Below are positions 11,895 to 25,967 of a stretch of 64,000 nucleotides of DNA, in pieces; position 1 is the stretch's first letter, and the number at the start of each line of letters is the position of its first letter. A program made the position numbers and the translations under genes. Below the pieces are notes generated by a model. The model ran no database searches. It had not been told where the DNA came from and saw nothing but the letters and a program-made list of their open reading frames with translations. Source of the stretch: Eledone cirrhosa (taxonomy: Eukaryota). The stretch covers positions 177,444,001 to 177,508,000 of the forward strand of contig OZ024742.1 in the NCBI GenBank assembly GCA_964016885.1, in the 5' to 3' direction.

Positions 11895-14800
11895 TCTGTG
11901 TCAGGTCACTCTTGAGTGCTACTGGTAACATGTAAACCAGTACAACCTGTCACATGGTCGGGTAGCCGGCGACTAAACTGGCAACCCCACCAAATTAACT
12001 GAGGACGGTGATTTTGTCCCCTGCAGGACAAAAAACAATACCTGACAAAGGGCGAAAGAACTGATAAGGGTCAACGGTCTTCCAAATATGTGTAAATATG
12101 TATATACACATGTACATATGTATGCGTATGTATATACGTGGGTATATGCCTGGGGTGTCAGGGAGGGGCATGTATCTTTGTAGGGGGAGGGGGCTAACCA
12201 TGCCTTTTCAGGACAGCTCCTCCTGCATTGGGTCCCACCTTACACTCAGCTCTCACCTGTGGCCCCAAGAAGCTGTAGCATGCGACACCGGCCACACCCT
12301 GGTAAACCGCCTTGGCTGGGGGGCCGAACCAGGTTGAGGGGAGCCGGATGGGTCTGAAACCCCCCGGTGAGTTAGATAGAGGATGCCTGCCCCTGCATGC
12401 GATGACTGGGCCCGGCGGAGTGAGTAGAGGAGGACAACATCGTCCCAACAGTCACGAAGGCGGCTACAGCAAGCGGTGTGGAACGCTAGGGCACGGCAAG
12501 GCACTACAGACGTCGTGGACATCCACTGGTCGTGACGGTCCTCTGTAACAACGAATTCTGGCTTCTGCGGCCGAGTGGGTGGGAGCGTCACTGTGCACTG
12601 GCCCTCCCACTATAAACCTTTCCACCACAGGTTTCTTCTTTAGCGTGCATTCCCAAAGCCCTGCGGCGATGGGCGAGATGCGGAGGTAACAGGTGGAGGT
12701 AACATCTGGGAGTTGCCAGTCTCAAACCCACACGTGTGCGGCCTGGATGCGCAAGTCGTTCTCCTTCTGACCCTGGGATGACAGAGGAGATCAGGCATTC
12801 CACCGAGTGACGGAGCAGCCCATTTCAGGGGAGCACTGCCCACCCTCACACGGGGGGAGGGGCGATAAAAGGAGCCCTAACCAAATGCTCATCCCACACA
12901 AAGCCGGCCAGTCTACCTTGCAAGAGGTTTAAACCAACATAATAGAAACAAGAACTTGATTCTTAGCGCATGGAATGTGCGCACCCTCATGGATAGGGAA
13001 AACTCCTTGAGGCCAGATAGAAGAACTGCCCCCATAGCAAGGGAATTAGCTCGCTACCAGATCAACATAGCCGCCCTCAGCGAGACTAGACTTGCAAAGA
13101 AGGATCATTAGCAGAACCGAAAGGAGGCTACAACTTCCTCTGGAAGGGCAATGCAAAGTATGAGGACAGAATCCACGGGGTAGGCCTTGCCATCAGGACT
13201 TCACTCTGCAAGTAGCTACCAGACCTCCCAACACCTGTGAGTGAGCGGGTGATGAAGCTCTGCTTCCCCCTCGACCCATATCGGCATGTCACAGTCATCA
13301 GCACTCTCATCAGCAGCGATGAAGCAAAGGACGCTTTCTACAGGGAACTCAACGCACTCGTGAAGGGAGTCCTCCCAAGCGATAAGCTCATCCTACTGGG
13401 GGACTTCAACGCAAGAGTCGGGTATGACACTAGCAACTGGAGAAGCATGCTGGGACCTCACAGCACAGGGAAGCTGAATTCTAACGTCCTCATACTGTTG
13501 AGTTTCTGCGCTGAGAACGACCTCACCATCACCAGCACACTGTTCCGCCAGGCCGACAAGTTCAAGACAACATGGATGCACCTCAGATCCAAACAGTGGC
13601 ATCTGATTGACTGTGCCATATGCCGCAGGAGGGACATCCGTGATGTCAGAATCACCAGGGCCATGCGTGGTGCAGAGTGTTGGACCATCGCCTTATCAGG
13701 ACCGACACATCAGCCCGACGCATCGCAAGACTCCGAAAGTCTGTAGGCCAACTTTCGAAGTCGCACGACTCAAGCAGCCAGAGCATCGTGATGCGTTCGC
13801 GGAAGACCTGGACGGCCGGCTGACTGCCCATGGACCACTGACCGGACCCCCAACTCAACAGTGGGCCCAGTTCAGGTCGCTGGTGATAGAGTCAGTCAAA
13901 GCAACCATCGGGCCGAGGAAGAAAGACCACCAGGACTGGTTTGATGAAAACGATGAGCGCATCAGACAACTCCTGGACGAGAAGATGAGGGCTTTCATTG
14001 GGTGGCACAATGACAGCTCCTCCACCTCGAAGCGCAACCGCTTCAAGAACTTCCAGAGGCAGACCTAAGCAGCGCTACGCAGAATGCAAGACAAGAGGTG
14101 GGAAAAGAAGATCGGAAGAAGTCGAGAGATACGCTGACACAAAGAACTCCAAGATGTTCTTCAGCGCTATCGGGGACGAATACAGACCCCCCAAGCCTGT
14201 CACCACACCGCTGCTGTCTGCTGAAGGCCCCATCCCGCTTAAGAAGAGCAGCATCAACTCGAGGTCGATAGAGCACTTCAGCAAACTTCTCAACAGGCCC
14301 TCCACTGTCGACCCTGCCGCCCTCGACCAGGTCCCACAGAAGCTCGTAGTCGGCAGTATCGACCCCCCCCCCACGTTGGATGAAGTCGCGAAGGCAATCA
14401 ACCAGACCAGCTCAGGAAAGGCCCCTGAGAAGGACTGGATTCCTGCCGTGATCTTCAAGCCGGCCGGTCCAGCTGCCCTGGGGGCCTTCGTCACCCTCCT
14501 CGTCAGCATATGGGGAAGGAAGAAGAGATGCCCAAAGACTTCAGCGATTCCACAGTTGTCTCGCTTTTTAAGAACAAATGGAGCAAAACTGACTGTGGAA
14601 ACTATCGGAGCATTTCTCTCCTGTCCATCACTGGGAAGGTCCTGGCTCGGGTCATTCTCAACCGCCTCATTGCCAACACCTCGGAGGACAACCTGCCTGA
14701 AACCCAGTATAGGTTCCACCCAAACCGTAGCTCGATCGACATGATCTTCTCTGTACGCCAGATACAGGAGAAGTGTGTCGAGTAGAACATAGACCTCTTT

Positions 14801-16156
14801 GCCGTCTTCATAGACTCGACGAATGCATTCGACACTGTCAACAGGGAAGCCCTCTGGTCGATCCTGTCGAAGTTTGGATGCGCGACAAAGTTTGTGAACC
14901 TCATACGACAATTCCATGACGACATGACCGGGCAGGTGCGCTCGAGCGGAGAGGCACCGAAACCGTTCGGATTCACCAACAGCTTCAAGCAAGGATGCGT
15001 GATAGCTCCGGTCCTCTTCAACCTGTTCTTCACCTGCGTGCTCAATCATGCCATCAGGGACCTCGAGTGCGGAGTGTATTTGCGATACAGACTGGATGGC
15101 TCCCTGTTTGACCTGCGGCGCATGACGTCCAAGACAAGGACCGTGCAGAGGATCGTGCTGGAGGCACTTTTTGCTGACGACTGTGCCCTCATGGCCCACA
15201 GGGAGTCTGACTTCCAACTCATCGTCAAAAGTTCGCGGAGGCCTCCTGCCCCTTCGGTCTCACAATTAACCTTGGCAAGATGAGGTCCTGTACAAGCCTG
15301 CACCTGCCTCCGTCGCCCATCCTCCTTCTATCTCCATAGGAGGCACCTAGCTAAAGACGGTGGACGACGTCAAGTACCTCGGCAGTGTCATCAGCAGCGA
15401 TGGAAGCCTCAAAAAGAGATAAATGCCAGAATCTGCTAGGCCAGTCAGGCCCTCGGCCCCCTGAGGACACGAGTCCTGAACCAGCACAACATCAGGCATC
15501 CACCTCAAGGTGCACAGGGTCGTTGTTCTCACCAATCTCCTCTACGGATGTGAGACATGGACCCTGTACAGAAGGCACCTGAAGCAGCTGGAACGGTTCC
15601 ACATGCGCAGCCTGCGATCAATCATGAACATCAAATGGCAGGACTAGGTCTCCAACATCGAAGTTCTTGACATGGCTGAGACAATCAGTGTCGAAGCTAT
15701 GCTACTGAAGAACCAACTTCGATGGGTGGGACATGTCATCCGGATAGACGATCACGGGCTTCCGAAGCAACTGATGTATGGGGAACTCTGTTCGGGGAAA
15801 CGAAAGCGGGGCAGGCCTCTCAAGAGGTTCAAAAACTGTGCGAAGTCCAGTATCAACAACATTGGAATCGCGCCATAACAACTCGAGTCTCATCCTCAGG
15901 ACAGGACTGAGTGGCGAGCCCTTACCAAACGCGTCAAAGACTCTTTTGAAAAGAAGAGACGGGCAGAGGTGACTGAGGCCCTTGAAAGAAGGAGAAATGC
16001 TTCATCATCTGCCCCAAGCAACTCCGGTCTCTTCCCCTGCCACCACTGTCCCCGGACCTGCAAGTCAAGGATCGGCCTCCATAGCCACCTTGGTGCCCAG
16101 GCAGAGGGGAACTAAAGTAAAGAAGGTGTCATCATCGTTTGCGATGGACAACCAAG
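11895..16156 (+). mobile_element. Near full-length RTE-clade LINE with candidate 10-bp TSD ATACATCTAT (11885-11894 and 16157-16166)
   Basis: GC-rich ~1-kb 5' UTR, then APE, RT and C-terminal zinc finger; identical 10-mer on both flanks. Confidence 0.85.
12947..16115 (+). pseudogene. RTE ORF (AP endonuclease + reverse transcriptase), multiply frameshifted
   Basis: AWNVRTL, ALSETR, LLGDFNARVG, TTWMHLRSKQWHLID, GNYRSISLLS, FKQGCVIAPVLFN, LFADDCAL, QLRWVGHVIR, CHHCPRTCKSRIGLHSH. Confidence 0.92.
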
Positions 16157-16452
16157 ATACATCTATACTCACAGAACGATGGACAAGGATGTACCCAGGT
16201 TTAGTTTCATACCTATATAACCAACATAGAGTCATACACATACAAAGAGAGACAGTCAGACAAACAGATAAAATTATATCAACAAAACATAACTAAACGT
16301 ATAGATGTACCAGAAAACACAATCATTCAACCATATACTTTCACAACTCATCTAAAATATACAAATATGTATAATCAAATATATATGAATATTACATATA
16401 CATATGTCAATACACATACAGTTATAACCATAAACGTTTACGTACACACCGC

Positions 16453-16530
<78 letters not shown>

Positions 16531-17452
16531 CAAAATATTAACAAATGAAGATATTCACATCAATCAAAATATATATATTTCGAAGGTACTGTGTTGTTGT
16601 TTTTTCCAGTACGTCCTCGTCAGATAAAATATATGATTTGATATATGACATACCTGTACGGTCTTGATATTTCAATTCCAGTATTGGCAGTGATTTATTT
16701 CATCATATATCTACGAAGCAGATTTAACTATATGGTCGCCCGAGAAACATTTGGAATATGTCCAATAAATTGCTTTCGTCGCCACACTGATTCTCTTTTT
16801 TCTGTGATATCATACACTGCTCTACGAGGGCATTGAGTGCTCATAAGGCCTACCACACACGGACGCTTTAAGTATCCAACACCAATTATATATATATATA
16901 TAAATATATATGTACATATATATATATATATGTGTGTGTGTGTGTATGTGTGTATGTGTGTGTGTGGGTGTGCGCGTGTGCGTGTGTACGTGGGGGGTGT
17001 AGTTCGTTCGTATACGTGTTTCTACAGTAGGGTCTCTAACACACATTTCAAGGTAATTATGCATTCACCTACGACAGTTGGATTATTACATAATCCATGC
17101 CTCGCTAATGAAATGCAGATTTAAAATACGCAATGCGAGAGAGTAGATTATGAATTACGTAATAATCCAGCTTTCGTGGATGATAGCATAACTGCTTTGA
17201 AACACGAGTTAGAGACATTATTGTATCATAAATAGTTATTGGTATTTCACCAAATTTAGTCTAGCTTTTCCTAGTACCCAGTTCATGTTAAATTACTCAT
17301 TGGAATACTCCTTCGAACCTTTGCACATATATTCGGTAACGCATTTCATATCAGCAAGATATCTATGGTAAGAAACTCCATAGGCCACGTCCAGCGAAAG
17401 AAACTGGTAAACATGAATTAACCTACATAACACGGAGACTTCTATATCTTCT

Positions 17453-17509
<57 letters not shown>

Positions 17510-17669
17510 AGTAGAAATATTTGTTTATCCGTGTCAGGTTGGATGCTACTTTGGTAAAAGTAGGAGTAAGCAAGAGAAAGCTCTCTATGTTCGCAGTGTG
17601 TATTTACGGTGGAGATTCAGTAAAAGAATAACATTTATGTAATCACAGCATCTTTCTTAATGTTTTCCT

Positions 17670-17720
<51 letters not shown>

Positions 17721-18763
17721 AGATAAGCAGAACAAGTAAAATTCAATCAATTTTTCTAAATAAATCAAAATTAATATACAATTAAAATTAATCAAAATTA
17801 AAAAATATAATATAAATATTTACCTATTCAAATGGCCCTAACTGTACAGTTTCACTTTGCAAAACATTAGATATCACGTAGATATTAATGGAAAAGCAAA
17901 GATCATCAGAGAAGCATTTTCCTATCCTAGGGTTAAAAACCCCAGGAACAACAAAATATATGACCTCACTCCAACTAATACAGGTTTGAAAGGTCGTGAA
18001 AGTGACCCATAAATACGTTGGTGTATAGTGAAGGCGGGAAATCATAGACTAGCCGTCTATGATCGCCACCAAAAAAGATTTTTAGTAACTAAATAGAACG
18101 ACAAGATTTTTCTCTACATACTGGAGAATATTGAATAAGGTTAATATATATCTGAGGGTACAATGTACCCCCGGAAATATATAGTGTGTCTATGATTTAA
18201 GGTGGTTCTATGGTAATAATTATTGCTATTTTGCTGAACTCCTTTGTAGAGTTTTTTTCAGAATGTATTTGACTGCTATTTCTTGTAAATAAACATTCAC
18301 TTCCATCCTGACGTCACTAGCCCCGTTTTTTCCTCATGTGCTTTTTCATAAATACACATGAAGGCGAACTAGCCAGTTTTAGAATTCCCTTTTTCGGATT
18401 ATATTACTGTGAGAGCCCTGGTTTCTGTTGAACTCTGCTGATGAATGAAATTCCAATCGTGACCATCTCCACTGAAAGTTTTCATGAAATAGTCTTTTAA
18501 GACTATACAGAGCATTTGATGTTATTCCAAATTGAAGGATAAGTGTTTCAAACTTTATTTTATCATGAGTTAAAGGTCTATAGATTTTTCCCTGGATTTT
18601 ACTAAATTCTGTGGTTGAATTTATATCCTGATTCTCTTTTGAGATGAGTTTGAGTTATTTTTCCTAAATCTTTCGTTAACTACTTTTCCCATCTTGACGT
18701 TATAGTCGCATATATGTTATAGAATGCCGTTAGCTTCTTGCTAAAACAATCTCTATACCTCTC

Positions 18764-18852
<89 letters not shown>

Positions 18853-18854
18853 TA

Positions 18855-19665
18855 TAATAATAGGTTGACCGAACTAGCATGGATTTTACTGTTAGGACGG
18901 GTTGCAGCACAGCATACTCAATAGGGAATGTTAAATAAACTCCCAGGGAATACACATAGTTATTTGCTTAAATACAACACAAGTAAACAGGTACTTTCAA
19001 TTATTCCTGTACTCGAATTTCGGCCCCACTTAATGCAGCAGTAGAGTGCCAGCACCCACTGTCCGCATATATTATGCAACAATGCACAATCGGCGCATGT
19101 GGCTTCATCAGCGGGATTCGCCTGATCAATAACCAATCGATCGACAGAATTCAATTCCAGTACGTGTCAGCTATAACTGTATGTGACGGCCAACAGAGTA
19201 AAACATTAGCAACTGAAATCTCTACGCGTCATCACAATACCGTCCCCCGATTGGCTACCGATTCAGAAATGTACGTGATAGCAGTAGTCGAAATTCAAAT
19301 AGTTCCGCTCCCGCCATGAGAACTCAGCCAACGTATCTCAAACACAAATTAACAAGTTAGGGGAAATTGGTTATTAGAAAAAAACGCTGGACAATAGAAT
19401 GGTAGCATTCGGCTCTAGTCTCTAAGTCCCATAGCGAGAAATATTGCAACACTAAAGATAGTAGTGCCTGAAACCTTTCCGGACATTAAATGCCAACCGG
19501 CTATTAGAGAGCGATATAGAATTAGTGAGCTAGTTAGAGTCTGAATTTGAGATATTTCAACTAACCACGTGCGTAAGCCGGCCATTTTCACAATTTGTAC
19601 GATTCAATCCCGCCCCCGCTGTAATAGCCGTCCCTACATAGCAAACCTCAGCCTACTCACATTAA
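18855..19665 (-). mobile_element. Non-coding PLE-type 3' segment between (TA)n tracts, carrying a hammerhead motif
   Basis: Bounded by (TA)n on both sides; contains the HHR at 19005-19116 and TATTGAGTA at 18915-18923. Confidence 0.5.
19005..19116 (-). ncRNA. Type-I hammerhead ribozyme motif with long stem-II insertion
   Basis: Minus strand: UCCCG-CUGAUGA-AGCC..(~75 nt)..GGCC-GAAA-UUCGAG-UA-CAGGA; palindromic UCGA in stem III. Confidence 0.6.
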
Positions 19666-19734
<69 letters not shown>

Positions 19735-19798
19735 AGTATGTGTGTATAAGTGCCGTACTAAGAGTGAGAAATGAAATTTTGTTTTCATTTTATTTCAA

Positions 19799-19882
<84 letters not shown>

Positions 19883-20054
19883 TAATAGTGGACAAGTGAA
19901 AGAAGAAGAACAACAACAACAAAACAGAGATTACCAGGTAAATTTTACTTTTCGTTACCTCACGTTACAGTCCATTTTGCATTGTTTAGTCTTCTATCTC
20001 TTTTAAAGTTATACATCATATACAATGCTTCAAGCAAACTATAACATTTTATAC

Positions 20055-20138
<84 letters not shown>

Positions 20139-20315
20139 TATACGCACGAATATATATTTTTTATAAATGTGTTACTATGAGTATTTTTAATTTCTCACCA
20201 CACAAAACCTGACATAATAAGATATAAACACACACACATATATATAAATGTATGTAAGTATATATATATATTCATATGTGTGTGTGTATGTGTGGGTGTG
20301 GATGTGTGCGTACAT

Positions 20316-20414
<99 letters not shown>

Positions 20415-20415
20415 C

Positions 20416-20447
<32 letters not shown>

Positions 20448-20869
20448 TGTGAAATTACTTTAGGATACTTTAGAGTTTAGCACACACGAATCTGATTCTA
20501 ATAAAAGATTTCTCAGTCATGATTTACTGGAAGACAAATATCACAGACCTGTATAGGAAGGAACAGTAAGCATTGCATCTGGAATGCAAATTGAAGCGTT
20601 GTTGATGTTGATGTTGATGAGATATAAGATTAATATTGACAGTGTAGTGGAGATGGTTTAGCGGTTTAGACTTAGTTACTTAGTTTAGTAACAGATCAGT
20701 GTTAAGATTACATTCCTCCCATTTCAGAGAGAGGGAGAGAAAGATGGAATCGAGGTAGATAGGTTATACCACACTATAGACGAAACCCATGATGACATCA
20801 ACACTGTAAGAGAGATTTGTAAGCGGAGATAAATAAGAATATGGATCTCTCTCTCTCTCTCTCTCTCTA

Positions 20870-20936
<67 letters not shown>

Positions 20937-21014
20937 CGAAGGAAATGTGGTAAGTAACCAGGTGGACCATAACGCACCAGAGTACTCAATACTTAGGGTA
21001 GTAGAGTGGGTAAC

Positions 21015-21128
21015 AGGAACGAGTAGGACCCCGACGGCTGAGCTCAAGCCGTTTCGACGGCTAATTCTGGACGCAGAATTAGCCGTCGAAATGGCTTGAG
21101 CTCAGCCGTCGGGGTCCTACTCGTTCCT
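21015..21128. repeat. Near-perfect 114-bp palindrome made of hammerhead 3' halves
   Basis: Arms AGGAACGAGTAGGACCCCGACGGCTGAGCTCAAGCCGTTTCGACGGCTAATTCTG and its complement, loop GACG. Each arm reads GAAA-(C/T)GGC..TGAGCTCA..GCCG-TC. Confidence 0.85.
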
Positions 21129-21227
21129 ATATATATATATATATATATATATTTAATTCATATATATATATTTCTAATATACATATGTATATACATATAT
21201 ATAGACAAACACAAACAAATATATATA

Positions 21228-21329
<102 letters not shown>

Positions 21330-21557
21330 AATAGAGAGTAATAGTGAGAAGGAGAGAAACGGGGAAATATATGTATATATGTATGCATGTATGCATGCAG
21401 TTCATTATCAGGTGAAGAGAACTGTCATATAAAATTAAGTTGATATATAAAGACAAAATTAATTTACTGACATTTGCTAAGAGCTCCACTTAACTCATTT
21501 CAGTATCTCCGCCTTAACATTGGTACAACCTTTATATATTATCTTTCATGCATATAT

Positions 21558-21603
<46 letters not shown>

Positions 21604-21645
21604 ACGTGTGTATGTGTGTGTATGTGTGTATGCATGCATATGCTT

Positions 21646-21683
<38 letters not shown>

Positions 21684-21688
21684 AAATA

Positions 21689-21775
<87 letters not shown>

Positions 21776-22847
21776 ACGCACACACAAACATACTCCAATG
21801 TATGTACATAAACAGAGCATACTTTTTTTTTATTTCGTTTACTTTATTTTCAGTTAACACATGAGGCCTTATCGTTGAAAGATGCTGCGTGGGTTTTTGT
21901 AAATAGTAAAGAATCTTTAAATCACTGTTAATATGTAAACGCATGTTGAAGTATATATAAATATATATATATATATGTGTGTATGCGTGCGTGTGTGTGT
22001 ATGTGTATATATATGTACATGTGTGTATGTGCGTATGTGTCTGTTTGTGCGTGTGTGTATATATACATATATATATATATATATACATGCACACAAATAT
22101 TTACAAGCACGCACACTAATAATCATACACATACACACAAACGTGTGTGTTAGATAGTATTTCTATTATATGTATGTATTGACTTGTATACATATTTACA
22201 ATGAGTACTCTAGTTTATCATCAAGCCTAAAATCATCTTGACACTTTCAGATCATCTCAACATTCACAATTTTGACTTTGAAATGATTTCCCAAGGTTTA
22301 TACAAACGAATCTACCCGTTTCATTTAATCTGGTTTTAAACCATTTAACCGCTCTCTTATTCAAAATGTTATCAAGCTTACATTGATGAAAATTCATATT
22401 GATTTTAAATCTAATTATATGAAATCCATTTATCCTTTTATGTTATCTCTAGCATTAAACTGCGGTCATGCTGGATACTCCCTGAAACCGGTTTAATTGA
22501 TCATATCGACTCTAGTACTTATATTTCCTCATAAGGTACCACATTTAGCGATATCGTTATGGTTGTCAGCTAAGCCACGTGTAATAAACATAGATACAAT
22601 CTCAAATGTAAACAGCGACACGCACAAGTAGATTCCCGAAGGTGACCACTTTTAGACGAGTAAATTTATATTATTTTGGAATGAATTCTGAAGTATCAGG
22701 ATACCAACATTCATTCGCACGTACTCGTATTTGGTGAAGCTTATAATATCGGAAAAGAAATTTGCTCAATATGCCACCACTGTGGTTACGAAACCTCATG
22801 GTTTCAGATTCATTCCATTTATTCTATATTAGAGTGGTGTTGAGAAA

Positions 22848-23400
22848 GGGTGGTGGTTTGGCAGTATCGGTAGAGGGTCGGACAATACGCCCCTCTCTGA
22901 TCTGAGTTCAAATCCTGCCGAGGTTAACTTTGCCTTTCATCCTTACGGGGTCGATAAAATAAAGTACCAGTAATGCACTGAGTAATTGGTGGCCTTGTGC
23001 CAAGAGTAGAAACAATTATTCTATATTATTATAGGGCGGTGGATTGGCAGTATCGGTAGAGGGTCGGACGCCATGCTTTCCAGCATAGTTACGTCCCTTT
23101 ATGATCTGAGTTCAAATCCAGCCGAGGTTGACTTTGCCTTTCATCCTTACGGGGTCGATAAAATAAAGTACCAGTAATGCACTGGGTAATTGCTGGCCTT
23201 GTGCCTAAAGTAGAAACAATTAATCTATATTATTATATATAAGGCGATGGATTGGCAGTATCTGTGGAGCGTCAGACACCATGCTTTGCAGCATAGAGTT
23301 ATGGCCCTTTACGTTATGGGTTCAAATCCCGCCGAGGCTAGCTATGCTTTTCTTTCTTACGGGGTCGATAACATAAAGCGCCATAATGCACTGGGGTAAT
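22848..23400 (+). mobile_element. Second tandem trio of the tRNA-derived SINE
   Basis: Units at ~22848, ~23035 and ~23243, separated by ..TCTATATTATTATA spacers. Confidence 0.9.
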
Positions 23401-23534
23401 TGTCCTCAAGCAACGGATAGAACATGGAAACGGATGTATTATTAATACCTCAATAGATTTTTATAGAATAAACGTTTCACAATGTGTAAACGTCTTGGAC
23501 GATCCATTTAGTAACATTTTTGAGGACAAAAACT

Positions 23535-23837
23535 TGTGTTGGATTCTTATAGAATTCCAGTAATAATCAGGAACTGCTTATACAGAGCGGTAGCCGGTCC
23601 ACCAGAAATTGCAAATTAGAATTGGTGTTCTGAAATAGCGATATATATATGAATGTAAATATAGTGTATTTTGCAAGACACTGTATGCTTAAGTATTGCA
23701 AAATACACTATATATAGATTCATATATATATCGCTATTTCAGAGCACCAATTCTAATTTACAATTTCTGCTGGACCGGCGACCGCTCTGTATAATCAGTT
23801 CCTGGTTGTTACTGGAATTCTATTAGAATGCAACACA
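23535..23837. repeat. ~300-bp fold-back inverted repeat
   Basis: 23535-23675 is the reverse complement of 23695-23837 with scattered mismatches. Confidence 0.85.
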
Positions 23838-24075
23838 GATAATTTTCAGCAAACAGGGGGAGTAGTGAATTTTGATAAATACCAAAAAGTACGAAACAGA
23901 GCTCTGTCAGTTTATTTCCCCTCTTTGCTGAAAATTTAAATAAGTGACATTGTCACTATTTTAAAACAATAGCGTATGGTCTTCAAAATTATTTTAATTA
24001 AGCATACAATGTATTACAAAATACACTATATATACATTCATATATATATATATATATTTATATGTGTGTGTGTAT

Positions 24076-24438
24076 GTATCAGCTAAATAGCTGATACCCC
24101 AGTTATACGGTATAATTGGCTGACTATTTTAAATTTTTCTGAAGCAGGTACCAATTATTCTATATATATATACATATATACAATTAGATATATAGATATA
24201 TATATAGATATATATATAATTGTATATATATATATAGAGAGAGTGTGAGGCATAGTTAGAGATCAAGTACTAATGTAAAGTGATCTGGTAAAGAATATAC
24301 AAAGTTGGCAAAGCAATAAATCCGTGGGATGAGTCAATACCGGCAGAATAATTGGTGCCTGCCTTAGAAAAATGTAAAATAGGCAGCCATTGAAACATTT
24401 ATACCCTATAATTAGGGTATCAGTTATTTAGCTTATAC
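24076..24438. repeat. Diverged ~90-bp inverted repeat pair
   Basis: 24076-24161 versus 24345-24438 (GTATCAGCTAAATAGCTGATAC..CCAATTATTCT). Confidence 0.65.
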
Positions 24439-24474
24439 ACACAAACATACACAAACACACGGACACACACACAT

Positions 24475-24544
<70 letters not shown>

Positions 24545-24622
24545 TACCCCCACTCTCAGGCGTGAACCTAATACTAACACTTTGTACTGCACTCTTCGTT
24601 ATTCTTTTGTTTTCTGTTTTAA

Positions 24623-24682
<60 letters not shown>

Positions 24683-24686
<4 letters not shown>

Positions 24687-25150
24687 TATATGTATAGTAT
24701 ATTTGGCAATATACTGTATTCTTAATTAAAAACATTTAGAAGACCATGCGCTATCAATTTTAAAGTAGTAACTATGCCACTTTTTTCTTTTTGGCGAAAG
24801 AAGGGAGAGAAGCTGACAGTCTGTTTCACGCTGGTGGGCGTTCATCAGAGTCATGTACTCCAAAGCTTTTGCCGAAAATTATAGAACCTGGATTGTTATA
24901 GAATTCCAGTAATAATCTGGATCTGATTATACAGAGCGATTGCCGATCCAGCAACAATTAAGTATTAGGTTTGGTATCGCTATTTCAGAGCACCAGACCT
25001 AATACCTAATTTTTGCTGGACCGGCAATCATCCAGTGCCGAAAAGAAATAAGTGACATAGTCACTACTTTAAAATTGATAGCGCATGGTCTTCTAAATGT
25101 TTTTAATTAATCATACGGCATATTGCCAAATATACTATACATACATTCAT
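24683..25150. repeat. Fold-back element of the same family as 23535-24050
   Basis: 24683-24795 is inverted to 25037-25150; the interior is homologous to 23540-23640 and holds an HHR motif. Confidence 0.75.
24811..24853 (-). ncRNA. Minimal type-I hammerhead motif
   Basis: Minus strand: CUGAUGA-ACGC-CCACCA-GCGU-GAAA-CAGACUG-UC. Perfect 4-bp stem II, weak stem I. Confidence 0.6.
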
Positions 25151-25181
25151 GTATACATCGCTATTTCAGAGTACCAAACCT

Positions 25182-25218
<37 letters not shown>

Positions 25219-25931
25219 TATACATATATATATACATATATACATATATGTATATTATTTATATATGTATATTATTTATTTATTTAGAGGTGTGTGTGTT
25301 AATCTAACCGATCGTAGGATGACAATCAGCAGATCTACCCAAATAACTATCTGTTTTATACAATGACTAAATTACTGGGCTTGATATGATCAAGTAACCC
25401 AATTACTTGAAGGTAGGAGGCGCTCTAGCATGGCCACAGTATAATGACTGAAAACAGTAAAAGGAAGAAGATTAAAAGAATATATTTATAATGTTAAATG
25501 CATGATGAAAATACGTCAAATCTAACTAAAATAACAATGTAAGTAATAAAAAATAATCTATGAAAATAGTGCTTCCCGGAAAAGAAGTGATATTGGTGAA
25601 CGTGATAATTCTATAGTTTCTGAGTAAAAGGTAATTTCCGGCCATTTTAAAGTTTATTTGTCAGTTCCTTTGACTTCTTTTAATGTGAAAGGTCCCAATA
25701 TCCCTAGTCTGACACGTCTAGGTATATAAAGGGAAGTTGTTGTTGTTGTCACACTAGAACGTAAGAACGTAGAAATATAAGAACAAGAATATATTAATAT
25801 AAGAACAGAAAACGATTGTTTCCATAGATTTAGTGATGTAGGCAATGATGATAGTGTAGGAGATGCCTGTGATGGGCATCGTTTTGTGTGAAAAGAAAAT
25901 AACAACTACATTAACAATGATAATCACAACT

Positions 25932-25967
<36 letters not shown>

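Noticed and set aside
14075-15217. 380-aa minus-strand ORF
   Set aside because: Antisense shadow of the GC-rich RTE reverse transcriptase region.
18438-18470. CTGATGAATGAAA
   Set aside because: No stem II or stem I pairing; sits in decayed repeat sequence.
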